From positions 305,474,001 through 305,538,000 of the forward strand of contig OZ024741.1 of assembly GCA_964016885.1 (NCBI GenBank): a stretch of DNA of 64,000 nt. The letters are read 5' to 3'. Both the position numbers and the translations under genes were made by a program. Below, in pieces: positions 38,482 to 51,850 of the stretch. How positions within the stretch are numbered: the stretch's first letter is position 1; every line of letters begins with the position of its first letter. The notes below the pieces were generated by a model. The model saw only the letters and a program-made list of their open reading frames with translations. It did not search any database and was not told the origin of the DNA. Source of the DNA: Eledone cirrhosa (lineage: Eukaryota).

Positions 38482-39193
38482 TATCTCTTTCTCTTAATTT
38501 CGAGTATATTTTTTTTGACCGGCCACCTCCCTGGTGGCAAGGTTGTAAAAGAAAAGAAATTGTCATCCCTTGAATCGCAAGAATGTTTTGCAAATTTTGA
38601 AGGTGCCAGCTATCGCAGCCATTTGTAGACTATGAATTAGGGAGCTGCGCTTTTTGTCCGCAAATCCAAGTTCAGTCATACTTTGGTCCAAGCGGGTTGG
38701 TATATAACCCGTAGCTCCAATAATGATGGGTATGAAGCTAAAGGTGTATCTTGGATACTGGATTTGTAAACTCCTCATCAATGGTCCGTAGATGTCCTCC
38801 TTCTCCTGTATTTTTCTGACAACGTTTACATCAAGTGGGCAGCTGATCTCCACAACAGAACACGTTTTCAATGTGTGGTCCCAAACAACAATATCAGGCC
38901 GGTTGTGCTTTAATTTGGTGGCAGTTTTTATTTTCAGGTTCCACCAGTATTCCTTAGTGCCATCTGTCTCAATATATTCTTCCTCGTTTGTTGTTAATTT
39001 TGTTTTCCGAAGTGCGTTCCAGATGGTTCTAGCTATCCCATCGTGTCTCATGGGGAGGTAGTAGCGAGATGACATTCTTTCGCAGCTGGCAACAATGTGG
39101 CTTACATCCTCGATCTTTGTTTTACATAGCCTACATTTATTGTCAGCTGCTGGCCCTCCTCTTTTGTGCAGCAGATATTTGGTAGGGAGTTCT
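38482..39193 (-). mobile_element. R4/Dong-like non-LTR element 3' part (CCHC knuckle + restriction-like endonuclease), embedded in (TATG)n
   Basis: CRLCKTKIEDVSHIVASC, then RHDGIAR..KHNRPDIVVWD..VVEISCP..KEDIY..PIIIGATG; stop at 38563. (TATG)n at both ends. Confidence 0.85.
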
Positions 39194-39660
39194 TATGTAT
39201 GTATGTATGTATGTATGTATGTATGTATGTATGTATGTATGTATGTATGTATGTATGTATGTATGTATGTATGTGTGCATGTATGTATGTGTGCATGCAT
39301 GTATGTACGTATGTATGTATATGCACGTGTATGTATGTGCACGTATGTATATATATATATATAATATTAAAGATACTATTTATAGTTATGTATATACTAA
39401 ACTATAAACAACTATAAACAGGGAAGGTCAGTAATGTATTACTACCTTATTACCAGTAAGAGAAATAGCTCAATGTAAGAACATCAGTTGTTTTACAGAG
39501 CAGTAATATAGATTACACAAGTATCAAAGTTATGTTTAAAACATTTAATCGCTGACAATTGTTTCTTCCAAACTTAAGCTTGGAGTCATATATATGTATA
39601 TGTATCTGTATGATTCTCCAGTTGAATAGGAGGTTAATTATATGTACAAACATTAATAAT

Positions 39661-39705
39661 GCTCCGAGGATTCCAAGCTTAAGTTTGGAAGAAACAATTG
39701 TCAGC
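39661..39705 (+). ncRNA. Hammerhead-like ribozyme with CCGAGGA core
   Basis: GCT-CCGAGGA-TTCCAAGC ttaa GTTTGGAA-GAAA-CAATTG-TC-AGC: 8-bp stem II, palindromic stem III, GUC triplet. It overlaps the inverted repeat 39510-39587/39669-39746. Confidence 0.7.
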
Positions 39706-39743
39706 GATTAAATGTTTTAAACATAACTTTGATACTTGTGTAA

Positions 39744-39776
<33 letters not shown>

Positions 39777-40002
39777 CATCATCATCATCACCGTTTTACG
39801 TCCGTTCTTCCATGCTAGCATAGGTTAGACGGGTTGTCCTGTTGTGGGCAGTGTCTGGTCGGCTGACCATGCCTTGCTCATACAGGAACTGATTTTGGCT
39901 TGATTTCTACAGCTGGATGCCCTTCCTAACACCAACCTCATTTACAGTGAGTGCTGGGTGGGTTTTTCCGTGGCGTCTACACGTCCACTTTACAGTGGGA
40001 GG

Positions 40003-40149
<147 letters not shown>

Positions 40150-41409
40150 CACGGGGATTTAGAAATTCAAAGTTGGTGTCAAGCGTGCTGTAAGACAACA
40201 TGGAATGAGATACCCTTAGGTTTCATTGAAACATTCGCTTGTTACCGTCACCTTAATAAAACAATCACAGATCTGAACTACACAGAAAAAATATGAAAAG
40301 ATTGTTTTTCTAAATGTTGTTGGTACATAAGATTTAGAATACACACACACACACACACACACATTCATATACACTCACACACACTCATACGCACACACAC
40401 ATAAGGCACACTCACACACACACACATGCACACAAACAAACACACACACACATACACACACAAACACACACACATACACATACACTCAAACAGTCATACT
40501 CACACACACAGACACGCACACGCGCACAGCAAACTGGTGGATAAACACACGAGCTGGCAAGGAAGGTAAGGAAAGGACCCTTAACTCCTAATGGAGTCGT
40601 AGAGGCTTTGCACAGGGAATTGTCTTGGTTATTTCGAGGAACGTCAGCACCAGGTGAAGATCATGTCAACCCCAAACTTTTAGCTTTTGGTCTTTATTGA
40701 CACCAGATATCTTGCCTCGACCTGTCTCTGGGTTATGCCGAGGAGCGAGATACAATGAAATGTTCATTGGGAGAGAAGGATGATTATGTAATGTATTGAG
40801 TAAAGGACCCAGGTAAGGGAAACAATAAAGGATAAGAGTTAAGCATATCAGACTATTAAAACATTATCTTCATATACAGGAGCGGTGGAAGCATTTCTGA
40901 ATTGGGAAAATTTGGTCAATTTAGTTGTAGTGATTAATTTAGCTCTTTGCACTCTAAAATGGTCAGAAAATGCAATTTGAGTCCAAGCAGGTCATATTAC
41001 ATTTACAGCTTTCAATAATTATAAAGTGATTATAGCAAGATGACCAATGAAATCTGTCTCTGAATACACATACTAGCAATTGGCAAATAGTGATATGTGG
41101 AGAAAAAGTTATGACATGACAACAAAATTTACTATGAAGGTTAACATAATATATTACACTGTTATTATCAAATATTAACCAAAATATAAAAAAACTTCGA
41201 TATGCGTTAAACATAACATGTACATAAATTGTAGCGCATTTACAAATAGATGTGTTTTTGTAGTTTGGGAAGAAATATATGATTATTGGGGGGGGGGGGG
41301 GGGGCAACCAGTTCCACTGTCCCTGATATAATCCGCGTTGTTTACAATCAAATGTCAGATCCCAGTTGAGGCAATTTCATTTAATTCTGTCATTATGTTT
41401 CTTCAGTTA

Positions 41410-41628
41410 GGATGGTGGATTGGCAGTATCGGTAGAGCGTCGGACACTATGCTTCACGGCATAGTGTTACGGCCCTTTACGTTCCGAGTTCAAATCCCGC
41501 CGAGTTTAGCTTTGCCTTTCATCCTTACGGGGTCGATAAATAAGGCACCAGTAATACATTGGGGGTCGATTTAATCGACTTTCCCTGCCCCCTTCAAATT
41601 GCTGGCCTTGTGCCTAAAGTAGAAACAA
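41410..41628 (+). mobile_element. Nin-domain-type tRNA SINE
   Basis: GAGTTCAAATCCCGCCGAG..GCCTTTCATCCTTACGGGGTCGATAAATAAGGCACCAG. Confidence 0.8.
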
Positions 41629-42679
41629 TAATATTTCTTCAGTGATTAGTGAAAACAAATTATCAAATAAAATATTAATGGTTTATTCATTTTTTTCAAA
41701 AATAATAAATTGTATAAGATTTAGGTTTTATCGAGGCCCTTTTTTTATAAATAATATATTTTTCTTTGTTTAGCTATGGTTTTATTATGTCAACTATATT
41801 TTACAAACAGAAGTTATACAATGATGGAAATATTAAAAAAAGATAAACACAAAATTAAGTAATGAAAAAACAAGGGGAAAGGGTAAAAAAGGGTAGATTT
41901 GGCTGTATAAGAAAGTAGAGGAAAGGACAATAAATGTCACAAATGTGAAGAAAAGGAGGGAAAGAACAAGGACTATTAGGCAGCGGGAGAGAGGGAGAGG
42001 GGGACAGACTCTGTGCCTAGGTTGGGACGGTTGGAGCGGTGTTTCGGTTGCTCCCCGCTAACAAGAATGTAAAGGCATTTCCGCTGACAATGACCAGCGA
42101 CACTCGCTTAGACAAGATTATTTAACTCTTAACGATTTCTACTACAGATAATCGTATTAGCATTCTTGAAAAATACAAAACAGCACTGTGACTAAATCAC
42201 ATTAAAAATTAAAATCTTTACTCTAATACTAATAATACTTTTCACTATGATCTGTCTACTAGTAAAGACACTACAGACATTTGAATTAACAAATCCGTTT
42301 CATACATTTTCTGCTAAAACCATTAAAACTACATTAGCAAGTCATTCTCGAAAAGTATAAAATCACATTAAAAAAATTAAAGTTTTGACTCTAATACAGA
42401 ATTTCTTTTAGCTGTGCACAAGTAAAGATACTGTAGAAATATGAATTAAGAAACCCCTTTTTGAAATATTTCCTGCAATGTTATTACGGAAGTTTTAGAG
42501 TTAATACAATATATAAATTTATTAGATTGCTATTATTGGATTATTTTTAGGATGACTTCAACATAGGTTGCTTGCATTTATAGGTTATAATAATAGAGAT
42601 GATGGTGAGTTTCTAAGTAGGTGATGAGAGCAATCTTTTGATTTCTAGCTGAAAACATATTTGTAAAATATCCTGTTTT

Positions 42680-42842
42680 GGCATGGCTGTATAGTTAAGG
42701 AGTTCGCTTCCCAACGGCTTGGTTCTGGGTTCAATTCCACTGCGCGGCACAATGAGCAAGTGTCTTTTAGTATAGCCACGGATTGATCAATGCCATATGA
42801 GTGGAATTTGGTAGACAGAACCTGCAGAAGTCCGTTGTATAT
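42680..42842 (+). mobile_element. Third tRNA-derived SINE family
   Basis: GGCATGGCTGTATAGTTAAG..GGGTTCAATTCCACTG..TTTGGTAGACAGAA. Related copies lie near 3160-3295, 47355-47505, 56150-56270 and 58940-59090. Confidence 0.7.
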
Positions 42843-42990
42843 ATATAGAGAGAGACAGAGAATGAGTTGAGAATCTGTTGGGTGAACGCGAGTATAGTTT
42901 GTTAATTTGTTGTGACACTAACTCTATACCAAACACGTCCTATGCACTGAGAGCTCTACTTACTACGGCTATAACCTCCCGGTGTTTTAC

Positions 42991-43037
<47 letters not shown>

Positions 43038-43072
43038 TTATAAGAATCAAAGAACTGTTCAAAACATTTTTG

Positions 43073-43119
43073 TGCTTACAACTGTTTCCTCCAAACCGAG
43101 GTTTGGTTTCTTCGGAGCA
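43073..43119 (-). ncRNA. Hammerhead-like ribozyme with CCGAAGA core
   Basis: Minus strand: TGCT-CCGAAGA-aa-CCAAAC ctcg GTTTGG-ag-GAAA-CAGTTG-TA-AGCA. Confidence 0.65.
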
Positions 43120-43809
43120 ATTTATTATTGAATGAACACTTATATGACCTCCTTTTCACCCAAGAGACATACAGATACATATGCAAATATTGTGGGTCAA
43201 CATTCATTACAGCATTTAGAGTGGCAGTACACACTTAGAGATTACATTCATATTAAAAGATACAATCAAAAATACAGGTTAAAATACAACATGAAATTAA
43301 GCGGTTATATAGTGCAAAGGTTATGTGAGGAGCATATAATCTGAAAAATACGCTCCCCAGACTATGAAAATGTCGAAGTGCATGAAGTCCATATCATCGC
43401 TTCGCTGCGCATTTCCTATATTCTTAATGCTTACACTATTTTTAATACTTATATTATTTCTCCACACACAGACTATAACAATCATATAAAGAATTTGTCA
43501 CCAGATCAACCAACCTAACACTCTCGATTACCTGCTTAAGTGCTTCTACTACACGCAACTCTCTGCCACACTATATAAACAAGACGCACGTGCTTGCCAC
43601 ACATATAACCTTTGCACTATATAACCGCTTAATTTCATGTTGTATTTTAACCTGTATTTTTGATTGTATCTTTTAATATGAATGTAATCTCTAATTGTGT
43701 ACTGCCACTCTAAATGCTGTAATGAATGTTGACCCACAATATTTGCATATGTATCTGTATGTCTCTTGGGTGAAAAGGAGGTCATATAAGTGTTCATTCA
43801 ATAATAAAT

Positions 43810-43856
43810 TGCTCCGAAGAAATCAAACCTCGGTTTGGAGGAAACAGTTGTAAGCA
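43810..43856 (+). ncRNA. Hammerhead-like ribozyme with CCGAAGA core
   Basis: TGCT-CCGAAGA-aa-TCAAAC ctcg GTTTGG-ag-GAAA-CAGTTG-TA-AGCA. Confidence 0.65.
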
Positions 43857-44059
43857 CAAAAATGTTTTGAACAGTTCTTTGATTCTTATAATTCATATAA
43901 CTGCTCTGTAAAGCATCTGATGTTTTTACATTGAGCTACTTAACTTACTGGTAATAAGGTAGTAATATATTACTGCCTACCACTATTTAGGGTTTGTATA
44001 AAAATATATATAACTGCAAAAGGTTTTTGTATTTACATAACCATAAATAGTATAATTAA

Positions 44060-44136
<77 letters not shown>

Positions 44137-44726
44137 TATATTATATTATATTATTTTATTTATGTTCATACACGGAACAAAAGTGCTACCGAAAGTTTCA
44201 AGACCCCAAACTCCAGAATACAAGCAGCTTCAAATTAGGGATCTTTCTTTATGCGCTTATACGGTATCTTATAAACCTGCGATTTCGTTTGTATCCAATG
44301 ATGTAGACCAGTTCTACTTTTTGGGTAAATGTATTCGATGTTCAGAGAGTGGGATTGGCTCCGTACAAAGCCTTTCCTCTCTTAAAAAAGCTTCAAGCAC
44401 AGGCATCATTTGATATGTGGCATTTTTGCGATGTCTGGCATTGCTGGCCATAGGCAAATGTATGTATGTATGTAGAAAATGCATGTTGTAGCTAATTCTT
44501 ATTAATTGGGCTTCGTGCTGACTACCGAAACGAAAATCTATTTTCGTTCATTTATAAACAAGGCATCACTCACCCACCCATCTCCCTACCCAGTCACTTA
44601 AAAGCCACACTCAAAATAGATGATACATAATAAAAGGAAGACAAGCCAGTTACATTTTTGGTTTTATACTTTTTAAAGGTCATGCTTCATGCCTCGTACT
44701 TTACAGAGATCTAGAAATAGAGAAAC

Positions 44727-45050
44727 TACTCTCGGGTCCCAAATAATAGAGGGAGTGGCGTAGAATAAGCAGGGGTGGTTTGGAAAATCGGTAATATTTC
44801 TAGGTAACCACTGTTGATTTTTTAAAAACCAGAATTAGTCGTTTAGTTTACATATTGAGATCCCAAGGTATTTTTTTTATAATGTATGGATTTCTAGTAA
44901 TGTATTTTTTGTTATGTATAATGTTTTCTAATGTACAAAGAAAATTAATTATCACAGGAATACTATTACTTAAAATAAAATTTTGCTGGAGATAGATTAG
45001 CAACATTTAATAAGCAGGGATGGGGGGAGATTATTCGAGACCCGAGAGTA
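44727..45050. mobile_element. MITE with ~21-bp TIRs
   Basis: TACTCTCGGGTCCCAAATAAT / ATTATTCGAGACCCGAGAGTA. Other copies at 28105-28490 and, partial, ~54700-54885. Confidence 0.8.
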
Positions 45051-45361
45051 AATCAAATGATTGTGACTGACACTGTTTCACATAAATAAATCTACCTAAT
45101 TCAAGAAATGCTGTGGATCCTATGCACTTCGTACACGCAATACTTCTATTAGACAAACAACCACATAACAGTTTCTGTTTGGGGAGGGCGATTTCGATTA
45201 TATTGATCCCAGGGCTTTATTTTATGATGAAGTTGACCATGGCGAGATTTGAACTTAGAACGTAAAGAGCTGTAACTCTAACGTCCGACGCTCTAACGAT
45301 TCTGCTAATTCACTAATCTCACCAAACGACTACATAACAGTCAAGAAATATTTTTATTGAA

Positions 45362-45433
<72 letters not shown>

Positions 45434-45859
45434 TTCATAACACTTTTCAGGCCCTCTGTGACGGCTGGAAAGAAGAGAAGACTAGAGACCTGGCCCAAAC
45501 TCTGCAACAGATCTACGGTGGTGGAGATGTTAAGCTAGATGATATATTAATGCCGTCTCTAAAACTCGTTCACAAGACTTTTTGACTCTTGGCTGTGGTA
45601 GAAGACCAAGGTTCCGTACAATGTGATAGGACTTATAACAATGTGGTTGCAAACCTAATTTCTTAGCCATACAGTCATGTCTGCACCTATGAGATAAACC
45701 TGAATTTTGATGTTGTTTAGATCCAGATCAGTCCTGACAGAGCAACTCTATGATCAAAGATGTTCAAGCCATGACCACCCCATTAAATTTACCTAGGATT
45801 ATATTAGCTTGGAGGAAGGGACAGTGCCCAAGGTCTTCACAGTTTTGAGATGAAAGAGA

Positions 45860-46400
45860 CCGATGCTATTGATGCTTTGTTTAAATTATTGACGGTCCAT
45901 TCATTTTGGAAAGAAATGAGCTGAGCGGGAATTCTAGAAGGCCGACATTCAGGGCACAAAAGACTTACGGTAGAGACTAATGCGAGTCCAAGTGGGAGAC
46001 ACAAAATGAGCATTGAGAGTAAAGGAGTAAGTTGGGAGTGCCTGAGTGGATGTGGGATGGGACAAGCAAGAATAGTGCCGGATTTACCATTGTGCTTATG
46101 TGTGCTTAAGCACAGGGCCCGGTTGGCTGGGGGCTTCTTCCTGTCAAAAAATGTTTACGATGAATTTTTCAAATGTTTGGGATCTCATAACTTAACTAGC
46201 ACAAGGCCTCATTTGTCTTAAAGCTGGCATTGGATAAGAGGCAGTGGAGAGACGACATATCTGTGGGCCAAAAGCTTGAGAGTGACAGTGAATGACTTTA
46301 TACTCTGATTAACCGAGTCTTTTATTTTTCTGAATGTTGTTAATGATGCCAGAGTGAGCAACAGCAGTATTGTTCCGGAGATGTGAGTGTCCGTCGAAGA
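45860..46400 (-). mobile_element. Degenerate CR1-like LINE 3' fragment
   Basis: The minus strand gives remnants resembling CR1 C-terminal motifs (SLKLLAHR..VSPL; NSRSAHFFP-type region), heavily disrupted. Confidence 0.4.
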
Positions 46401-48171
46401 GATTTGGCTATTATTTCTTGAACTTTGATTACTTACATAAGTTTAAGGTAAACGTTTGTTGGGGAAAGTGTATAGTCGACTTACATATGTCGTGGGTACA
46501 TATTTCCTCGATTCAAGAGACTAGAATAAAATGAGATAGAATTTGAACTCAGAACGTACAAGGAAGAAGTAATATACTATATGCATTACATTTGATTGTT
46601 TTCATCACCACCTGTCTAGACAAGGTCAAATAGGTAGCCGCCTTAGGCACATTAGCGAACCTTTAAGGTCACAGTTTATACAAATTTGTATAATTTAATT
46701 AAATAAATATTTTATTTCGATCAGAATATAAATCATTAAACATTTTTATCCGCGTAGTAGCGTTGTGGATGAGCGTGGACTGTGTAGTAGAAAATACAGG
46801 TTTAGTCATTTTTAGTAATTTTCTTAGTGTGGTCAGAATAAGAAATGTCAAAAACCAGGTTCGTCAGTTTACCAAACTGTAAATTGAAATTATTTTATTT
46901 TTAGGAATGAGACACATAACTGAGAGAAGGGGACTATTATTGTAGGGTTAGCCTAAGGTAGGTACAGCCCAAACATACAATCTTGAGCTAAGAATCTTAA
47001 AATCAACCTGTATGACTGGTCGACTTATACGCCAAAATTTACGGTAATTGTTAACATGTCGTTATCCATAAGCTTTATACACAGGTTCTCAGACACACCA
47101 TCACATCTGTGATATTTTTAGAAGACAGATGTTGCTCAAGGCAGATCTTGTTTCATGTAACATTCACAGATAGAATAGATCTCTGACGGCTTTAACGATG
47201 ACTTTTCCAGTTGTCCAATCAACGGAATGGCCTGCTCGTGACTGAGCATTGCACAGACATGTGTATCCGTAATGTAATGCTCAGGAAGATTCAGTGTGAC
47301 ACAGTATGTGACAAGGCTGGCCCATAGAATTACAGGTACCGTCCATCCTATAGGCGTCCGAAAAGTTTCCATCGACCGAAATTCACACATAAGGCATGAG
47401 TCGATCTGAACCTATAGTAAATGATACTTGTTCAAGATGTCATGCAGTGGGATTGAACCTGGGTCCTTATGATTGTGAAGCGAACTCCTTAGCCATTGGG
47501 CCACACTTCATTACAGATAGCTCCAATAATAATCCACCTGGTAATTGGAAAACATAAAAAAAAATGACACAGACAGCCACACAAAATACCACATGTACGT
47601 GGGGCTTACGTCAGTTCCGACGACGAGTGTTCCAGTTGATACGATCAACGAAACAGATTACTTGTGAAATTAACGTGTAAGTGGCTGAGCAATCCGCAGA
47701 CACGAAGCTTTAACTTAGTACTCAGGGAGATAAGTGTGATAAGGCTGTCCCTTTGAATTATAAGTATAATTTTTTTCTTCTCCAACTGGGTAGACTGAAG
47801 CAAAGGGAAAAAGATCTCTGGGAATCGAATTGAATCGAACTCTCGACCTAACATTTCTGAGCCGAACAACCTAAACACTGAGCCATAAATAAGAGAAACA
47901 CAACCACATAAAATACCAAGAACATCGTCCCACCCGAGCTATGTGTTAATTGAAATATAAGATTCAACAAGTTAATCATATTGTTAGATTTATTTATATA
48001 ATTTGTTTAGAGAAAGCGTCATGGTGTTGTCTGACTGAGGAACGATCTGCAGAGTAGAAAGAAGCTAGCTAAGATAATAGCTAGCAAGATAGAGATAGTA
48101 AAAGACGTAATTTATTATGCACCATAAAACTGTTGTTGATGGTTTCAACTGATCTAGGAAAATATTAAGTA

Positions 48172-48441
48172 CACTGGGTCCCCAACTTACGAACGAGTTA
48201 TGTTCCAAGAGGCTGTTCGTTAGCTAATTTGTTCGTAAGTTATCGTCTAACACAATACGTACCAGTAAGCCCATATATGTTACATTGATACTGCATATTT
48301 CCATATGAGTGATATATATACAGTATATAGAGGTATATATAACGTAATGAATTTAAATACTGTAAAGCAATATTGTTAAAGGAAAAAAATTATTTTCCTT
48401 TATGTTCCTATCTGCGGAAGTTCGTAAGTGGGGACTTACTG
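48172..48441. mobile_element. Tigger/pogo-type MITE
   Basis: TIRs CACTGGGTCCCCAACTTACGAAC / GTTCGTAAGTGGGGACTTACTG; TA on both flanks. Confidence 0.75.
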
Positions 48442-48471
48442 TATACTTAAACACGTGCACTATAATATATA

Positions 48472-48686
48472 CGAGGGTTAACTGAAAAGTTCATAGCAGG
48501 AAAATTTCATAAGATGACCAAGATACTCTTATGGAATGACCAAATGAGGTTTATTTTTCAACATAGTTCCTGGAACAAAACAATGCAGTTGTTAATAAGA
48601 AAAGTTGAAATTAATACATGCAAGATTTCACGTCTCTAGCATCACTCCTTCATAGTCAGTCTATTAACTTTTCAACTAACCATTCT
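48472..48686. mobile_element. Mariner-type MITE
   Basis: TA-CGAGGGTTAACTGAAAAGTT ... AACTTTTCAACTAACC. Confidence 0.6.
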
Positions 48687-49075
48687 ATGTATATTTATTT
48701 ATACATGACTAAAATTCTGTGATTGCTTGCTTGTCTGTAATGTAATACAGCCAAAAGGGCGTATAATGGGAAAATACTTTGAAAGGAAGTTGACCCGGAA
48801 ATGCGAATACAAATGGAATAAAACAAGTTACGCGTAAATCGAAGCACGGGTTCCCAAGATATGGGGTTTTCTGGGTACCTTCATAAACAGAGAGAGAAAA
48901 GGATAGAGAGAAAGAGATAGTGGTTGTGAGACAGTAGATTGAAAGAGAGACATAGAGAAGGAAAAGAGACAGAGAAGGAGAATGGAAGAGAGAGAGAGAG
49001 CGCTGGTGTTTTTTGGTGTATATATATATATGCGAGTGTATGTGTATATGTATATATATATATATATATATGTGT

Positions 49076-49578
49076 GGGGGACAACCGTCTATGCATTTCA
49101 GGCTTAACTGGCCTTCGTCAGGACGGTCCCTCCCACCGCTTGCGACTGCTGGACTAGAAGACAAGCGAGAATATATACATTTCTCGTCTGTGTAAATGAG
49201 GTAATTAATCTCATTTGCATATGAAGCTGCATAAGTTGGCTCAACTTATAATTGTTTCTACTTTTGGCACAAGGCCAGCAATTATCCCAGTGTATTACTG
49301 GCACTTTATTTTATCGACCCCGTAAGGATGAAAGGCAAAGTTAACCTTAGCGGGATTTGAACTTATAATAAAAAGAAATAGGATTTCGCTTCAACGAAGG
49401 CCAGTTAAGCCTGAAATGCATAGACGGTTGTTCCCCTTGCTTCTGCTGGACATCACCAGACGGCGTTAGCCCCCCGGTGTTTGCATAGCTACGGCTTCCT
49501 AAAACCGTATTTCTTTGGAGATACGAAATATTTATACATATTGTATAAAGCTATGCTTGAAGCGAAATCCTATTTCTT
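49076..49578. mobile_element. Retrozyme-like HHR element, locus A (minus partial copy interrupted by a Nin SINE at ~49255-49362, then an inverted plus copy)
   Basis: Homologous to 53691-54310. HHR at 49084-49127 (-); core-truncated HHR at 49394-49428 (+). Confidence 0.8.
49084..49127 (-). ncRNA. Minimal type-I hammerhead ribozyme
   Basis: Minus strand: ACCGTC-CTGACGA-AGGC cagttaa GCCT-GAAA-TGCA-TA-GACGGT. Confidence 0.87.
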
Positions 49579-50999
49579 TCGGTCAGTCAATGGCAACATT
49601 GAGGACCGAGTAAGTTAGATCGCAGATATATATATATATAAAAGACAGCGAGAAGCGAAAACCAACCAAACAGTGAGTGTGTTCTGTTATTAATTCTGGC
49701 AATATTACGCAAATATGACCCTCCCCAAATATAACAATATATATATATATATATATATATATCGTAATCTACCTGGTTGTGGTGGGGGTTGACAACATTG
49801 TTAGAACTCACTGTGTCCTTCGAAGGGTGGTCCAGTAGTTTTTGTGGTAGGTGATCACTGCTTAAGATATCCAAGAGCCAATACTACTCTTTGGTAGAAT
49901 GAATTGGACACTCTCAGCCAAGCAATACAGGCGTATTGACAGAGCCTGTTTATGCTGTCAAAAACCTTTTTTTAAATCGACAAAAACGTTATTGTTATAC
50001 TTTGGGAGGGTCATGCTGACAATTGAAAAGACACGCATCTGTTTGGTTTCCCTGTCGGTTTGTTTAATAACCAGATGGTTGTTTAGTTGTTGATTGTCAA
50101 AGCTCTTTCGTCACACATTCTGTGACCTCCCTTTGTTGTTATTTTATGTCACTCCTTTGTTCTGTTCTACAGCATCTTGTTTTTGCGAGCTGTGTACTTG
50201 GGCTGAACATGCGTTATATCTAGGTGTGCGTGTGAGTCTGTTTAATTAGTTAATTTGTTTATTTATTTATATATTTATTTATTTATTTATTTTCTCTCTT
50301 TCCTACTTATCACTAGTTGGTTATTTGTTTTATTTGTGTATGTCTGCGTGTATGTAACGGTGGGTGTTCTGTTTATCTTATTAGTTTTGTCCTCGTGTGT
50401 GTTTATATGTGTTTTATATTGTCCTTAGATATAAGTTTGTTACTATTCCACTCGTGCTTTCTATTTAATTTTGGTTGGAGTTCGTTTATGTTTGAGCTTC
50501 AGTAATCTGTCGGAGCATTGCGGTATATATGAACATTATTCACCAAGAAGAAAAATACAGAAATGCAACAAACCCATTAACAAGAAATTAGCATGGCTCA
50601 AACAAGTAAAATTAAGAAACGAAATTTCAGAGGAGAAAAAGAAATACTCAGATGAGTTCGATGGGATAAACATGGCGGACATCCCACTGACAGGCGAGTT
50701 CAACAGTAACAACACAAACATACGATAGGACCACGGTGGTCCCTGACGAATTATCCGTCTCATAGTTACCACCAAAATGTGCCACATACACTAAGGTAAA
50801 TATGCTAGAATGCTTATCTGAGATAGACAAAACGTTTACTAAAATTAGATGGAGACTAAAAAACAAAATAAAAAAAACATCAACAACACAAGCAACAATA
50901 ATACACATACATAACACATACCATACTTCCCACCAGACGCACATGAAAATCCAACCAACAACGACAGACACACAGATAACAAGTAACAATAGAATTATA

Positions 51000-51850
51000 G
51001 CAATGAAATTGCCCAAGAGGAAGAAGTACCATGTAGGGATGTCTCAGAAACTCCACCAATCTTAAACCACCATACACTCCAAGATTATCTGAGGAGCACG
51101 TCCCTCTCCTCTCCAAACTATCCAGCTTACAGGCGCGTGGCCTGATAAGCCCTTTCACACGGGTCATCCTCGCTACATTCACCCACCTTTTAACAAATGT
51201 ACTGGGAGTTTTTTCACGGATTCCCTGGGTGGTTTTGTTGGAGTCTGTTGATGTTGGTGGTGGTTCAGTTGCTGATGTTGTTGGTCTTGAAGCTGTAGTT
51301 GTTACTGCTGATGCTGGTGCCACAGATGCTGTTGTTGTTCGTTGTTCTTGTTGCTGTTGAGATTCAGGTGTCGGCAGTAAGGGGACCCTGTGGTTTCCTG
51401 TCTTTTGATAAGGGCAAAAAGATCATAAATGTTCATTCTCCCCGCAAAAATGGCAACGAGGCTTTTTACTCTCAACTGTCTTAGCTTCACGTCACTCAAA
51501 AGGCGAATTAGGTTTGGGATCATTTCAACCTTGTTTGGTTTGATGTGGAGAAGTATCTTCAGACTGATCCCAGACCAGTTCTCCCTCCGGATCCTCTTTA
51601 TCTCCAGGAACGTTTCGCTTCCCTCTGACACTATGCATACTAGGATCCACCAGATGTCTATTTCTGGTGGGATCCCAGCAATACGGATTTTAATTATTCT
51701 TCTTCCCATGTGAGATGGAAACAAAATATATTAGTCAGTTTTTCAGGGGACCACAGAGTAATTTTTAGTAAGGGCCTTGCGCCGAGATGCTCCCAAACAG
51801 TACTCCGCCTACCATTATCGACGCGAAAGAAAGGATTGTGATCTTTGTGC
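51000..51850 (-). mobile_element. Probable degenerate LINE ORF1 (L1/Tx1-like) fragment
   Basis: Minus-strand remnant MGRRIIKIRIAGIPPEID followed by low-complexity T/A/Q-rich codons. The clade assignment is tentative. Confidence 0.35.

Larger units (their letters stand above)
43030..44060. mobile_element. (TA)n-flanked Penelope-like non-coding element with ~295-bp inverted arms, each carrying a hammerhead
   Basis: 43030-43324 is the reverse complement of 43605-43899. Tail 43895-44060 is homologous (reverse) to 39365-39510. Confidence 0.8.

Noticed and set aside
43132-43797. Duplicated 70-82 aa gene pair
   Set aside because: Both ORFs simply lie in the two arms of a non-coding inverted repeat.
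45927-45942. Heat-shock element for the sHSP
   Set aside because: Only a TTCnnGAA pair inside a LINE remnant, far from any known transcription start.
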